In this document: in pieces, positions 28,953 through 39,144 of the stretch
Position numbering within the stretch: position 1 is the stretch's first letter
How the letters are laid out: every line of letters begins with the position of its first letter
Virus record (IMG/VR): IMGVR_UViG_3300020152_000024
Coordinates: 1,382 to 65,381 of that record
From: a virus
Taxonomy: Duplodnaviria > Caudoviricetes
Direction: 5' to 3' (one strand)
Length of the DNA: 64,000 nucleotides
Notes under the pieces: generated by a model
Told to the model about the DNA's origin: nothing
The model's input: only the letters and a program-made list of their open reading frames with translations
The model's database searches: none
Position numbers and translations under genes: made by a program

Positions 28953-29123
28953 TTAGGTCTTGGCGTCGTCTTTGCCGCTCTTCTTCGGCGTATCCGGGAT
29001 TGCGACCGCCACCACATTGGCGGCGTTCTCACGCTCGGCGGCTTCGACGGCGGCGGTCTCTTCGATGCGGTCGCCCTTGGCGTATGCGCCGAACGGCTGA
29101 GTGACGATGAGATGGCGGGCCAT
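28953..29123 (-). CDS. Small virion-associated protein
   Basis: AAGGAG RBS; MARHLIVTQPFGAYAKGDRIE... 56 aa. Confidence 0.65.
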   Translation of the reverse strand: MARHLIVTQPFGAYAKGDRIEETAAVEAAERENAANVVAVAIPDTPKKSGKDDAKT

Positions 29124-29136
29124 GGTTTGCTCCTTT

Positions 29137-30741
29137 TCAGATCGCGCCCAAGGCGTAGAGGAAGGCGCGGAAGGCGGTGTGTGCGTCGGCGTGCTGCTGT
29201 GTCGTCAGCGCAGCACCCGCGAACACGAGAGCGAATTGCGCCGCTGCGAAGGTCGTGTCGGAGACACCCAGCGAGAGCGTGCCTTCTTTCAAGCCGTCCG
29301 AACCCTCGCTTGGCGCGCCGATCAGCACGCCGTTGCGATAGATCATCAGCTCGAGCTGGCCCGTGCGTGAGGCCGATACAAAGCCGCGCGCATCGGCGAT
29401 GGGCGGGGCGCCATAGCGCTGGGCCACCTGGTTCACGCGAACCGAGGGCATGCCCTGCTCGGCGTGCCGCGGGTTGATCGAAAAGCCCACTGCACTGCCG
29501 GAAAGCGAGAGCGGCGCGTTGATCCACGATCCGTTCGCGACGCACCAGCCGCCGATTGAGGCGCTGTTGCGCTGCAGTTTCACCCCATCGATCGGCCGCC
29601 AGCCGAAAGACAAGACGGATGCTGCGCCGTCGGTGGCGTAGCCCCGGTCGGTTGTGAAGACCGGCCCATCGATCTCGGTCGCGGTGAACGTCGCCGGGTT
29701 GATCCAGTTGAGCCGCGCGGCTTGCGCATCGTGCGCCGCGAGCATGTAGAGCAGGTCGAGTTTCGACCAGACGCCGGCCGCTTTCAGCGCGGCGATCAGC
29801 ACCTTGATGCGGGCCTTGCGCACATCGCTCGGGGCCACGTCCATGGCGGCGAAGAGCGCATCGGCGTCGGCGTCTTCGATCTCCACCTGCGTTGGCGCTT
29901 CTTCGCCCACGCTGACGCTGGCGCCGGCAAAGATGATTTCGGCGGCGGCCGTTGTCGTTTCTGTGGTCGCGTACTCGATGCTGACGATGATGTCGCGCCG
30001 GTAAACCCCGTGCGCCTGGGCGTCGTCATCCTCGATCCCGCCGACGTTGCGCAGGTGCGCAGCATAGCCGTCGGCGAGCATGATGCGGTCGAGCCCGTTG
30101 GGCTGGCCCTTGCCTTTCAGAACGCCGTCGATGAAGCCGCCGGCGGCATCGCGCGCATCAGGGGTCGAAGCCCAGACGATGACCTGCCACTGCCCCTCTT
30201 GGCGCGACAGCTCGCGGATCAGCGTGCCGGCCCCGCCGACACGCGCTTCGATGCTGGCCACCCCTTCGATGGTGAGAACGGCGCCCGCGCTCGATGCCGG
30301 CAGGTCTTCGCTGATCTGCGCCGCAAGCCCTGCGGCGATAATTGCCAGCGTGTCGCTCGGCTGCACCGGGTGCACGTAGACTTTGCCGTTGACGATGGCG
30401 GCGACGTTCTGCGGCGTCGAGACCGTACCCGTGAGCGTGATCGAGCCGGCTTCTGCATCGAGGGTCGCTTCGATGGTGCGCGTTGCGGCCGTCAGCTCCT
30501 GCCACTCGCGGCCGGAGCGGGTTGTGTTGCGTTCGCCCGGGCGCTTCCAGATCGAGACGACGACGCGCCCGGCTTTCAGGTCCTGGTGCAGTTCTTCCTT
30601 CTGCGGCCAGCCGCGCATGACGGCGCTCGCCAACGGCGTCGCGCCCTGCAGCATCGCTGAAGGCTGTGCGGTGCCGTTTGGATAGATGGCGCCGACGATG
30701 ATGGCTTTGAGCGCGCTCGCGACATCGCTCATGTCGGCCAT
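29137..30741 (-). CDS. Tail terminator/neck protein with an appended C-terminal beta-rich domain
   Basis: MADMSDV..AL...IYPNGT, RGWP; extra ~220 aa after the YATT motif. Confidence 0.7.
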   Translation of the reverse strand: MADMSDVASALKAIIVGAIYPNGTAQPSAMLQGATPLASAVMRGWPQKEELHQDLKAGRVVVSIWKRPGERNTTRSGREWQELTAATRTIEATLDAEAGSITLTGTVSTPQNVAAIVNGKVYVHPVQPSDTLAIIAAGLAAQISEDLPASSAGAVLTIEGVASIEARVGGAGTLIRELSRQEGQWQVIVWASTPDARDAAGGFIDGVLKGKGQPNGLDRIMLADGYAAHLRNVGGIEDDDAQAHGVYRRDIIVSIEYATTETTTAAAEIIFAGASVSVGEEAPTQVEIEDADADALFAAMDVAPSDVRKARIKVLIAALKAAGVWSKLDLLYMLAAHDAQAARLNWINPATFTATEIDGPVFTTDRGYATDGAASVLSFGWRPIDGVKLQRNSASIGGWCVANGSWINAPLSLSGSAVGFSINPRHAEQGMPSVRVNQVAQRYGAPPIADARGFVSASRTGQLELMIYRNGVLIGAPSEGSDGLKEGTLSLGVSDTTFAAAQFALVFAGAALTTQQHADAHTAFRAFLYALGAI

Positions 30742-30742
30742 G

Positions 30743-31093
30743 TCACGGCTCCAGCAATAGGCAGCGCGCCTGGAACCCGCGTGAGGTCCAGATCGGCGCT
30801 TCGACCTGCAAGCGGCGGCCGTTATTGTCGATGATGATGTCGGCGCGCTTGACGACGTCTTGGCCGATGCCGGCCGTGTGCGGGACCAGCACCATCCAGG
30901 TGTTGAGTTTCGGCTCGCCGGGCAGCTCTGTCGGGCTCCTGCCCTTCGCCGCTGGCTGGATGCCGGCCGGGATCGGCCCTTCGAGAACGATGGTTTCGGT
31001 CGCCGCCTTGGCCCCGCCATAGCCGCGGTCGCCAACAGCTGCGCTTGCAGCGGGCCGACGCACCGAGATCGTGAACGGATAGAGGAAGCTCAC
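30743..31093 (-). CDS. Head-tail joining/closure protein
   Basis: Position; TISVRRP, DIIID..G.R..V. Confidence 0.65.
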   Translation of the reverse strand: MSFLYPFTISVRRPAASAAVGDRGYGGAKAATETIVLEGPIPAGIQPAAKGRSPTELPGEPKLNTWMVLVPHTAGIGQDVVKRADIIIDNNGRRLQVEAPIWTSRGFQARCLLLEP

Positions 31094-31301
31094 ATCGACA
31101 TCGCTGCGGCAGGCGAGCGTTCCTCTGATGGATCTGCGGAGACACCGGCTTTGTCGCCGCCGCCGTCAAGGCGAAAGAGGCACTCAGCGCAGCTGACGCG
31201 CTCACGCTGGCTGGATGAGATCACCGACTGACGCGGCGCGCCATTGACGCCAGCACAGAGAATGCCGCCCGTGAGGCGGCGGAAGTGAACGTTGCGCAGC
31301 A

Positions 31302-31505
31302 TTAGAGCCACTCCAGGTGCGCGCCATCGGGACCGCGCGCGAAGGCTTCGACATGGGTGGCCCATGCCCGCTCCCAGCCGCCGCGGCCCACGCCCAGCGC
31401 ATAGGCCATGTCGCAGAGATCGCGCACGCGCGGGCGGGAGAGCTTCAGCATGGAACGACGCGGCGATGCGGCTTCAGCATCGAAGTGATGGCCGGCGTCA
31501 CGCAC
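31302..31505 (-). CDS. Small hypothetical protein (true start probably near 31451)
   Basis: Fills the gap in the head-tail operon. Confidence 0.35.
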   Translation of the reverse strand: MRDAGHHFDAEAASPRRSMLKLSRPRVRDLCDMAYALGVGRGGWERAWATHVEAFARGPDGAHLEWL

Positions 31506-32044
31506 CCGCTCGCAAGCGCGCTGATGCCGCCGAAGTCGATCTCGTGATCGCCGGCTTTCAAACGCACAGCGCCCGGCTCGGCGCGGCCATAATCGGCGAA
31601 GATGGAGCGCAGCGCCTCATGCACAGCGCGCACCAGGTCGAGCGGGATGATCGCATGCCCGCCCGTGTAGGCGATCTCGATGTTCTGCACGCCGCGCTCG
31701 GCGAAGTAGCCGCGCAAATAAATGCACTCGCGCGCCAAGACGTAGCCATGGTCACGGCCCGTCTGCGCTTCCGGCACATCAACGCCGCTGATTTTCAGCG
31801 AGGCGATGGCGGTGAGCGGCGTGTTCGGCAGGTGGATGATCGGCTCGCCTTTGCCGGAGAGGCGCGCCTCATAATCCTGCGACGGGATGCGCCGGCAGAG
31901 ATGTGATTGCAGCTCTGCCGACACAGCCGTGATCAGCGCTTCCAGCACCGCATCGGTGGCGGAAGCGGGCAGCGTCACGCCTGCGCCCGCCAAGTAAGCC
32001 TTGGCGGCGGCCAGCGTGGTGAGATCAACGGCTGCGTCGGCCAT
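31445..32044 (-). CDS. Head-tail connector (gp6-like)
   Basis: LTTLAAAKAYL, LITAVS, I.YTGG..IP.DL. Confidence 0.8.
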   Translation of the reverse strand: MADAAVDLTTLAAAKAYLAGAGVTLPASATDAVLEALITAVSAELQSHLCRRIPSQDYEARLSGKGEPIIHLPNTPLTAIASLKISGVDVPEAQTGRDHGYVLARECIYLRGYFAERGVQNIEIAYTGGHAIIPLDLVRAVHEALRSIFADYGRAEPGAVRLKAGDHEIDFGGISALASGCVTPAITSMLKPHRRVVPC

Positions 32045-32047
32045 GGC

Positions 32048-32374
32048 TTAGGCGACCTTGAAGCCGCAGCCTTGCAGATGCACGAGGGCGGCTGCGGGGG
32101 CGAGAATCGCGCCGTCCTTGCCGGGCGTCAGCGCCTCGCCGTTGAAGCTGGCGCTGGCCTTTGGATCGTCGTGCTTCATGCGCACCAGACCGGCCGGCGT
32201 CGGCTCGCTCTTTACGGCATCGCCCGCGTCCGAGCTGTGCTTTTCGGCCGCTTCGATCGCGGTCGCATCGTCGAGACCCGCGACCGCATCAGCGGCGACA
32301 CCTGCAACGGCAGTGAGATATTCACGCGCCTTGTCGGCGGTGAACACCTCGGCTTTGACTTTCGGCTTGGACAT
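32048..32374 (-). CDS. Hypothetical head-associated protein
   Basis: AAGGAGG RBS; follows the capsid gene. Confidence 0.7.
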   Translation of the reverse strand: MSKPKVKAEVFTADKAREYLTAVAGVAADAVAGLDDATAIEAAEKHSSDAGDAVKSEPTPAGLVRMKHDDPKASASFNGEALTPGKDGAILAPAAALVHLQGCGFKVA

Positions 32375-32423
32375 GGACGCCTCCTTCTACATCGCCCCTC
32401 CCCTGGAAGGAGAAGCGGTGAAG

Positions 32424-32466
32424 AAGGAGGCGCGCGCGGGTGACACAAGGTCCGCGCGCGCCTCCT
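32424..32466 (-). terminator. Hairpin downstream of the major capsid gene
   Basis: AGGAGGCGCGCGCGG/CCGCGCGCGCCTCCT 15-bp stem. Confidence 0.65.
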
Positions 32467-32494
32467 CTTGCTCGCGTTCTGCGAGCTGGCGCGA

Positions 32495-34033
32495 TTACTT
32501 CGCGATGTTCGTGATCATCGCCATGGTGAACGGTGCATAGACCGCGAGCGTGCCCTCGGCGTAGATGCCGCGCATGCGCTCACGCGTCGTGACCGGCCAG
32601 TCGATCTGGTAATAATCCTGGCGCATCAGCATCTCGGCGACGTGCGGAACGTCGGGAGATTGATACTGGATCGGCAGCTCATCCGGCTCGATGTAGATCG
32701 TGCCCGGCGGCAGGTTCGGGTGGATGTTGATCGGGATGACCTGATCGCCCGCTTCCGCGATCTTGAACGGGTTGTAGTAAGCGACCGCAACGCCATTCGC
32801 GACGATCTTGTGCGCCTTGTCGCCGCGATTGATGTTGAGCGCCGGGTTCGAACCCCCGCTCAGCACCGCCGCAGTAATGGCGCGCTGCTCTTGGCTGTTG
32901 CACCAGATGGCGCGGGCCGAGACCTGATTGTCATCCCAGAGCTGCTGCAAGATGTCATCGATCTCGATGACGCCGGCTTGGCCAGAAGCGGTGAGCTTCG
33001 TGCCGGTGCCGGGCGTACCGTTGGCGAGCGTCTTGATGATGGCGCCCGAGCCAGCTTTCAGCGCGTGCGTCATCAAGCCATTGAAGGCGAGCGTGTTGGT
33101 CGATTTGTCGCCGGTGATGGTCGAGGCCGCCTGGCCCGTGCCGACGAGCGGCGCGGAGAAGGCGGTGTGCGCCACCGTGGTGACACGCTCGAGCTTTTCG
33201 GCGCCCGCCGTGCCGACGAACCAAGCATAGGCGAACGCGCCCTGGATCGGCGTCGTCTGCATGAAGAGCGTCTGGCCCAAGGTCACGGCTTGCGAGCCCG
33301 CCGCCGACTTGTTGGACGAGCCGCCATTGATCGAGAACGTGCGCCCGTCGGCGCCGTTCACGGTCTGGCTTTCAGTGATCGCGCCCGAGGCCAGATAGTT
33401 CTGGTAGCCCTCGAACGAGAGCGCCACGACGATGGGCGTGTAGGTCGCGGCCGGAAGCGTCGCGCCAGCGCCCGAGGCGGACGTGGTTGGTGTCGTCGGC
33501 GTGCCCAGAGCGAGGTCTTCGTTGCCGCCGAGGATCGCCATTTCCTCTTTGTAGAAGACCTTTTGCAACAAGCGCACGGCGTTGCGCGCTTGCAGGTCTT
33601 CAAAGCCTTGCGCGGCGTTGATGGCCTCGAAGGTCGCGCCGATTTCTTCGCCGATCGATTTGTAGCTCGCCGCCTTGTTATCGACGGTGAAGCTCATTTG
33701 ACCGGCGCGCTGGCCTTCCGGCACCCAGCCCATGGCGTTGAAGCCAGAGCCAGTGAGCTTGCGGATTTGCTTCCAGTTCGTCGCCGTGCCGATGCCGCCC
33801 GGCGTGCGGGTGATGCGGTTACGGAACGGGGTGTAGCTCGGATAGAGCTGCTTGGCCGGCGCTTGCAGATCGTAGGCGACAAGGCCGGTGCCGGTGGTAA
33901 TGGCGCGTTCGATCTCAGTCGGGTTGTAGCCGACCTTGGCCATCATCCAGCGGGCGATGTCTTCGTTCTGCTTGCCGACGTCACCGCCGCCGGTGAACGC
34001 CGAACGCAGCATTTCGTGCAGTTCCTTACTCAA
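32495..34033 (-). CDS. Major capsid protein
   Basis: Position after protease/scaffold; YDLQAPAK.LYP..TPFRN.I.R; GAGGAGG RBS. Confidence 0.85.
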   Translation of the reverse strand: MSKELHEMLRSAFTGGGDVGKQNEDIARWMMAKVGYNPTEIERAITTGTGLVAYDLQAPAKQLYPSYTPFRNRITRTPGGIGTATNWKQIRKLTGSGFNAMGWVPEGQRAGQMSFTVDNKAASYKSIGEEIGATFEAINAAQGFEDLQARNAVRLLQKVFYKEEMAILGGNEDLALGTPTTPTTSASGAGATLPAATYTPIVVALSFEGYQNYLASGAITESQTVNGADGRTFSINGGSSNKSAAGSQAVTLGQTLFMQTTPIQGAFAYAWFVGTAGAEKLERVTTVAHTAFSAPLVGTGQAASTITGDKSTNTLAFNGLMTHALKAGSGAIIKTLANGTPGTGTKLTASGQAGVIEIDDILQQLWDDNQVSARAIWCNSQEQRAITAAVLSGGSNPALNINRGDKAHKIVANGVAVAYYNPFKIAEAGDQVIPINIHPNLPPGTIYIEPDELPIQYQSPDVPHVAEMLMRQDYYQIDWPVTTRERMRGIYAEGTLAVYAPFTMAMITNIAK

Positions 34034-34126
34034 TTGAGCCTCCTCAGTTTGGGGCGCGTGGAGAGAAGCCGCTCCCCGTGGAGACGGCTGGAAGCACCGG
34101 CTTTCACCGGTATCGGTTGGCCCGCT

Positions 34127-35680
34127 TTAAGCGGCGGGGCGTGGGATGGTGGCGCGCGGGGCCTGGTGCGCTGCACGCATGAGGATCACGGCGCGCTCTG
34201 CCGGCGGCAGCGCATCGAAAGCGCGCTGCACGTCTTCAGCCGAATGCGCGGGCGTTGAGGGCGCGCCTGCAGAATCAGGCCCCTTCTCGACCGGCTGCAC
34301 GTGCGCCGATGCTGCGCCCTTAGCGGGCGCTGGCGAGGCCAGCACCGCTTCCAGGCGGCGCGTCACTTCGGCGAAGCCGTCGCTCAGCGTCTTCACTTCG
34401 CCGGTGAGGCGTTCGTTGTCGGCCATAACGCGCTTCACGTCTTCCGGCGTTTCCGGCGGCGCGGCGGGCGCGGGCAGAAGCAGTTCGAAGCCGCGCTTTG
34501 AGAATTGATCCAAGACACGCTGCATGCTGGCCTTGTCGGCGTCGGTAAGCGCCTCGCCCTCAGCGGCGATGGAGAGATGCGCGATGGCCACGTCGGCCGC
34601 ACGCGAGACGCCGGCGCTCGCCAAGAGCTGCTCGACCTCTTGGGCCGAGAGCTGCTTGAAGCCCTCGCCGATCAGTTTCAGACCGGCGCGCAGCTTCTCC
34701 GGCACGGCGCTGTCTTCGCCTTCGATGGCGGCTTCCCAGGCGGTGTCGTTGATGATCCAGGCGAGTTGTTGCAGCACGTGCGACAGCTCGCGCACGGTCC
34801 AGAGCGAGCGGCAGACGTGCTGCTCCGGCAGGCCGGCGACGCGCACCAGGCTCTCGCCTTCCGGCAAGCGCGACTGCTCCAGGCGCTCGACAGCAGCCAT
34901 GGCGCTTGCATGCGCCGCGCGCGCCGCTTCGGAGAGAGGATCGGCCTCCGCGCTCGCCGCGGCCGGCGCGGGGTCAGCCGGCGGATCAGCGGCTGGTTCG
35001 GTCACCGGCGCCGCCGGATCGGCTTCCACAGGCGGGTCATCGCCTTTGCCATCGTCGCCCGCGCCTTCCGGTTTTTCGCCGCCAGCGGCCACCGCTTCGG
35101 CAGGCGCAGCGGGCGCAGATACTTGCGTGGCGGTCGCGGCCGTCGGCTGCGTGGCGGGCTTGCTCATGTCGGGCTCCTCTGAACTGGCGAAACGCCACAC
35201 GTCGATTGCGCCGCCAGCGCGCTCGATCTCGTCGAACACGCATTCATCATCGGCCGGGATGTCCACCAGCGACGCTTCGATGACGCGGAATTTGGTAACC
35301 AGGGTTTTGTCGAAGGGATCAACTTCGAGGATGATGAAGCGAACCGAGAACGCCTTGTAGACGCCCTTATCGACCTTCAACCAGGCGACCGGATCGACGA
35401 CATGAACGCCGGCATAAGCGCCCTTTTCGTCGATCCGCTGATCTTCCATCGCGACGCCAACCGCCTGCGGCTGGTGCATCTCGCGAATGTTGCCCCACTT
35501 CCACCAGACGCCGAACGCCTCCTCGATCGCCGGCTGCGAGAGAACGAAGCCGTCGGTGGCGCGGTTGGTGGTGGCGAGATAGCCCCACACCATTTGACGC
35601 TTGGCGTCGCGCCGGGCGATCTCGCCGATGAAGGTGCGCACGACCTGCTTGGGCGCGGCGTTGGCGACATGAGCGCTCAT
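34127..35680 (-). CDS. Prohead protease-scaffold fusion (XkdF-like N-terminus)
   Basis: NIREMHQ..AVG, V.KGVYK.FS, E.SLVD.PA, then low-complexity scaffold. Confidence 0.8.
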   Translation of the reverse strand: MSAHVANAAPKQVVRTFIGEIARRDAKRQMVWGYLATTNRATDGFVLSQPAIEEAFGVWWKWGNIREMHQPQAVGVAMEDQRIDEKGAYAGVHVVDPVAWLKVDKGVYKAFSVRFIILEVDPFDKTLVTKFRVIEASLVDIPADDECVFDEIERAGGAIDVWRFASSEEPDMSKPATQPTAATATQVSAPAAPAEAVAAGGEKPEGAGDDGKGDDPPVEADPAAPVTEPAADPPADPAPAAASAEADPLSEAARAAHASAMAAVERLEQSRLPEGESLVRVAGLPEQHVCRSLWTVRELSHVLQQLAWIINDTAWEAAIEGEDSAVPEKLRAGLKLIGEGFKQLSAQEVEQLLASAGVSRAADVAIAHLSIAAEGEALTDADKASMQRVLDQFSKRGFELLLPAPAAPPETPEDVKRVMADNERLTGEVKTLSDGFAEVTRRLEAVLASPAPAKGAASAHVQPVEKGPDSAGAPSTPAHSAEDVQRAFDALPPAERAVILMRAAHQAPRATIPRPAA

Positions 35681-37071
35681 GCATCGACCTCTTCGTCAGC
35701 AGGTTCGGTGGGTTCGCCTTCGCCGCCATCGCCCTCTTTCGGCTCAGGCTTTGCGCCCAGCTCGACCGGGCCTTTGGCGGTGTAAACGTAGTTTTTGTCG
35801 CCGCCCGGAACGGGCTCTTGACCCAGTTCGTCGCGCACTTCGTTGACCCGGAGGATGCCCGTCTTCACGTAGCGCTCGTTGGCTTCCGACTTCTTGACCG
35901 GGTCGATTTCTTCGGGCGTGATCCACGACCATTCGAGATCGGCAAAGCCCAGCTCGTCTGCGATCACCTCATCAGCGATGCGCTTCCACCAGAGCATCAG
36001 CGGCTCGCGCCCCTCTTCAAGCGCAGCGTTATCGGAGGTCTCAGCGGTCGAGCGGTTGAGCTGGCGGATGAACGGCGTCGGTGAAAGCGAGAAGGCAAAG
36101 CAGACGATGCGCGCCAGCCATTCATCGAACTCGTCTTTGATTGGCGCCGCTTTGAACGGTTCGAACTTCGCCCCGTGCGGACCCCAGATGAGCTTGGCGC
36201 GCTCGGCTGCATTGCCCGACAGAAGTGCGTTGAACCAGGTCTGAAACTCGCCGATCTGTTTGGCGTCCCAGCCTTCCGGCACCGTCGCCATGCCTTGCGG
36301 CAGGTTGCCCTCGGTGAAGTAGGCAAGCTGTGCCATCTGCCGCTGGATCGCGACGTTGACGGTGACGATGATCTGCTCGACTGGCGAGAAGCCATAGACC
36401 TTGCCGGCGCGCTTGTTGCGCGGTGCATAGATCAAATCCAGCGTGGACATATTCGCCCACACATTGCCCTTGATCACCTGCTGATAGGCGGGCGCCGGCG
36501 GCAATGGCGTGCGCCCGGTCTGATCGACCAAGAGCTTGAAAGTGTCGCCCGGCAAAACGTCGAGGCCGATCAGACCACCGCCATAGTTGCGCCGCTTCTC
36601 GATCGCTGGCGCATCCAGGACCAGCAAATCTTCGAGCGCCGCGCGCAGCCAGGTCGCAAACGGCGTGACGCCATCGGGCTTGCGGAAGAACTTCTCGGCC
36701 GCCCGCACATCGGCGTCATGGCGCGCACGCTTCTTGCGCCCCTCGCGCGTCTTGATACGCCAGTCGAGACGTTCGATCTGATCCTTGCGCGTTTCGATGC
36801 AGAGCCGCACCAGCTCGGTGTTGCCGAACGCTTTCAGCGCCGAAAAGCCGAACGGCTCGCCCGCGCGCGGCGTGTAATTGAGGTTGGTCCCAACCGGGAA
36901 ATCGATCGCGCGCGGCGCTTGCGGGTGGGTCGGCGCGACCGGCTCACCGGGCGACATAAAGCCCGTGCCGCCACTGGCGACAGGTCCGCCCGCCTGCTGA
37001 TACTCGAGCGAGCCGACGGCCGCCGACAGCGATGTTGCGACGCCGCCGCCTTTGGAAGCCCGCTCACTCAT
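35677..37071 (-). CDS. Portal protein
   Basis: YGFSPVEQ, YFTEGN.P, NEVR.ELG..PV.GGD. Confidence 0.92.
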   Translation of the reverse strand: MSERASKGGGVATSLSAAVGSLEYQQAGGPVASGGTGFMSPGEPVAPTHPQAPRAIDFPVGTNLNYTPRAGEPFGFSALKAFGNTELVRLCIETRKDQIERLDWRIKTREGRKKRARHDADVRAAEKFFRKPDGVTPFATWLRAALEDLLVLDAPAIEKRRNYGGGLIGLDVLPGDTFKLLVDQTGRTPLPPAPAYQQVIKGNVWANMSTLDLIYAPRNKRAGKVYGFSPVEQIIVTVNVAIQRQMAQLAYFTEGNLPQGMATVPEGWDAKQIGEFQTWFNALLSGNAAERAKLIWGPHGAKFEPFKAAPIKDEFDEWLARIVCFAFSLSPTPFIRQLNRSTAETSDNAALEEGREPLMLWWKRIADEVIADELGFADLEWSWITPEEIDPVKKSEANERYVKTGILRVNEVRDELGQEPVPGGDKNYVYTAKGPVELGAKPEPKEGDGGEGEPTEPADEEVDA

Positions 37072-37087
37072 GCGCGACCTCCCCGCT

Positions 37088-38635
37088 TCATGCGGCGTTG
37101 GCCGCCCGCAATGCTTCGAACCATTCTGCTGACCCGACAGCGACTGCCGGATCCGTGGGCTTACCCGCCGCTTCCGCCTCGGCTTTGGCCTTAGCGTCCG
37201 CCTGCTCACGCATGAGGTCGAAGAGACCCTGGCCCTTCATCGCGTGGCGCAGCGCCTCGATGGCGTAGCGGAGCGCGTCGATGACGTGGTTGTCTTTGTC
37301 GAGCAGAACCGGCAGCACCTCGCCGGTTTTCTTGTCCGTCTTCCAGCTGTAGCGGATCAGCTCGTTGATGGTCGCCGGGCAGTGCTTGGAGTGCACCACG
37401 ATGTCGAAGTTCTTGAGGAACTCGATGCCTTCGGCGACGCTGTCCGGCCCCTTCTTCGAGGGCACAACGCGAAAGCCGCGGCGCACCAGATAAGCGATGG
37501 TGTCTGGCCTCGAGCTGTCGGCCGTGATCGGCCACTGCAGCGCGCCTGGGATGCCGGGAAAGCGCGGGCGGCTTTCATCGCCGAACTTGCCGTTCTCCCA
37601 GCGTGGCGGGACGTGCGTGTCATCGCCCGCGAAGAACGCAGGCAGGTAATCGATCTCGACGCCAACCTTGTGCGCTTCGCGATCGATGTAGAGCGTGCGC
37701 TTCTTCCAATCGATCCAGCAGCGGATAAGCACCGCAGGATCGATGGCGAAACCGAAGTCGCCGCCGAAGTAGAAGCGCTCGACATTGTCCGGCGTTTCGA
37801 ACTCTTCTTCACGCCAGTTACGGAAGACGCGCGCTTCGGAGTTGCGCTTATATTCGCCGAGCCAGACGTGCGCGTAGAGGTCGGGGTCGCGCCGGCGCGC
37901 ATCCTCCATTTCCTCGCGGAGCTTGTCCGGGAAGAAGGGATTGGCGTCCCAATTGATGTTCTTGCCGATCGATCGCGGCGGCGGTCCCGCTGGCGAGCGG
38001 AACATCACATCGACCGGATCGTCTTCGTTCTCCGGGTTCCAGGTCCACCAGATTTCCGAACCGGGCTTGCGGATCGTCGGGACCAGCTTCTGGATCGAGA
38101 CCTTCGAGACGCTGGACGCCTCTTCAACCCAGACGATATCGACGCCCTCGGCGCCCTTCAAACTGTCAGGCCGCGACCACATCCCCTTGAAGGAGAAGCG
38201 CGTGCCGTTGAGGCCGATGATCGACGTCTTGGTCGATTTGTAGAACCAGGAGAGCCCCAGCTCTTTGATCTTGTCTTCGAGCAGCGTTTTGACGCTGTCT
38301 TCGATCGAGTCCTGAATTTCGCGCAGGCACAGGATGCGCAAGCGCCGGCCGCGTCCCAGCAGCACCAGCGCCATCGCGAAGGAATGCGACTTCGCCGAAC
38401 CGCGGCCGCCATAGGCGTAGCGGTGCGCGTACTTGCCGAGCGGCTCGAACAGGAAGCCGAACTCTTCCGGGATGCGCACCCGCCGGCGCGCCTCGCCAGC
38501 ATCGCGCGGATCGCCGCCACGTCGCCGGCGGCCGTCGGGCTGGGTTAGCGCATAGCGGCCGCGATACGGCGCGGGGGCCTGAACTGGCGTTACATCTTCA
38601 TCGATGCGCCGCTTGCGCGCTGGCCTTAGGCGCAT
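37088..38635 (-). CDS. terL: Terminase large subunit, PBSX family (true start probably GTG at 38479)
   Basis: YGGRGSAKS, WVEEA, DFGF..DP, DNHVIDALRYA. Confidence 0.95.
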   Translation of the reverse strand: MRLRPARKRRIDEDVTPVQAPAPYRGRYALTQPDGRRRRGGDPRDAGEARRRVRIPEEFGFLFEPLGKYAHRYAYGGRGSAKSHSFAMALVLLGRGRRLRILCLREIQDSIEDSVKTLLEDKIKELGLSWFYKSTKTSIIGLNGTRFSFKGMWSRPDSLKGAEGVDIVWVEEASSVSKVSIQKLVPTIRKPGSEIWWTWNPENEDDPVDVMFRSPAGPPPRSIGKNINWDANPFFPDKLREEMEDARRRDPDLYAHVWLGEYKRNSEARVFRNWREEEFETPDNVERFYFGGDFGFAIDPAVLIRCWIDWKKRTLYIDREAHKVGVEIDYLPAFFAGDDTHVPPRWENGKFGDESRPRFPGIPGALQWPITADSSRPDTIAYLVRRGFRVVPSKKGPDSVAEGIEFLKNFDIVVHSKHCPATINELIRYSWKTDKKTGEVLPVLLDKDNHVIDALRYAIEALRHAMKGQGLFDLMREQADAKAKAEAEAAGKPTDPAVAVGSAEWFEALRAANAA

Positions 38636-38636
38636 A

Positions 38637-39140
38637 TCAGTTCACCGGGGCGCCATCCTTCGCGCGCACGAACTCCACGTCGAAGCCGCCGTGATGATCT
38701 TCGCCAGCACCCTCGCCTTCACCTTCGCCGAAGAAGGCGCCCAAGCCCACGCCGCGTTTGGCGTAGAAGTCGTTTTGCATCTTCTCGGCTTCGATGATGG
38801 TGTTGCGCGCCTCGACCAGGTTTCCCCGCTCCATGAAGAGGTGGAAGATGCGCTCCATGCGCGCGAGGCGCACCAGCCTGTCGCTCATGCCGATCTCGGC
38901 AACGCCATTCTCGATAGCGGCGCGCGTGCTTTCGTAGAGCGTGATCCACTTCTCAGCGAGCGACTTGCCACGCCGGGCCATCTTCACCGGGTCGTAACCC
39001 TCAACCGTCTGGCGGGTGATGGTGATGGCGAATTCTTCTTTGACCTGGTTGGCGATGGAGGTCGGGCTGTCACGCCAGGCGAGGCGCGTCACGATGAACG
39101 CGCGCATCTCGTCGGTAAGTTTATGGTCGGGCTTGGCCAT
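38637..39140 (-). CDS. DUF2280-like terminase small subunit
   Basis: FIV..LA..DSP...A..VKEEF...ITRQ.VE.YDP; upstream of terL. Confidence 0.8.
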   Translation of the reverse strand: MAKPDHKLTDEMRAFIVTRLAWRDSPTSIANQVKEEFAITITRQTVEGYDPVKMARRGKSLAEKWITLYESTRAAIENGVAEIGMSDRLVRLARMERIFHLFMERGNLVEARNTIIEAEKMQNDFYAKRGVGLGAFFGEGEGEGAGEDHHGGFDVEFVRAKDGAPVN

Positions 39141-39144
39141 CTCG

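Noticed and set aside
23498-34258. Long + strand ORFs opposite structural genes (e.g. 23498-25234, 27298-28956, 32468-34258)
   Set aside because: Shadow ORFs from high-GC codon bias; no recognisable motifs.
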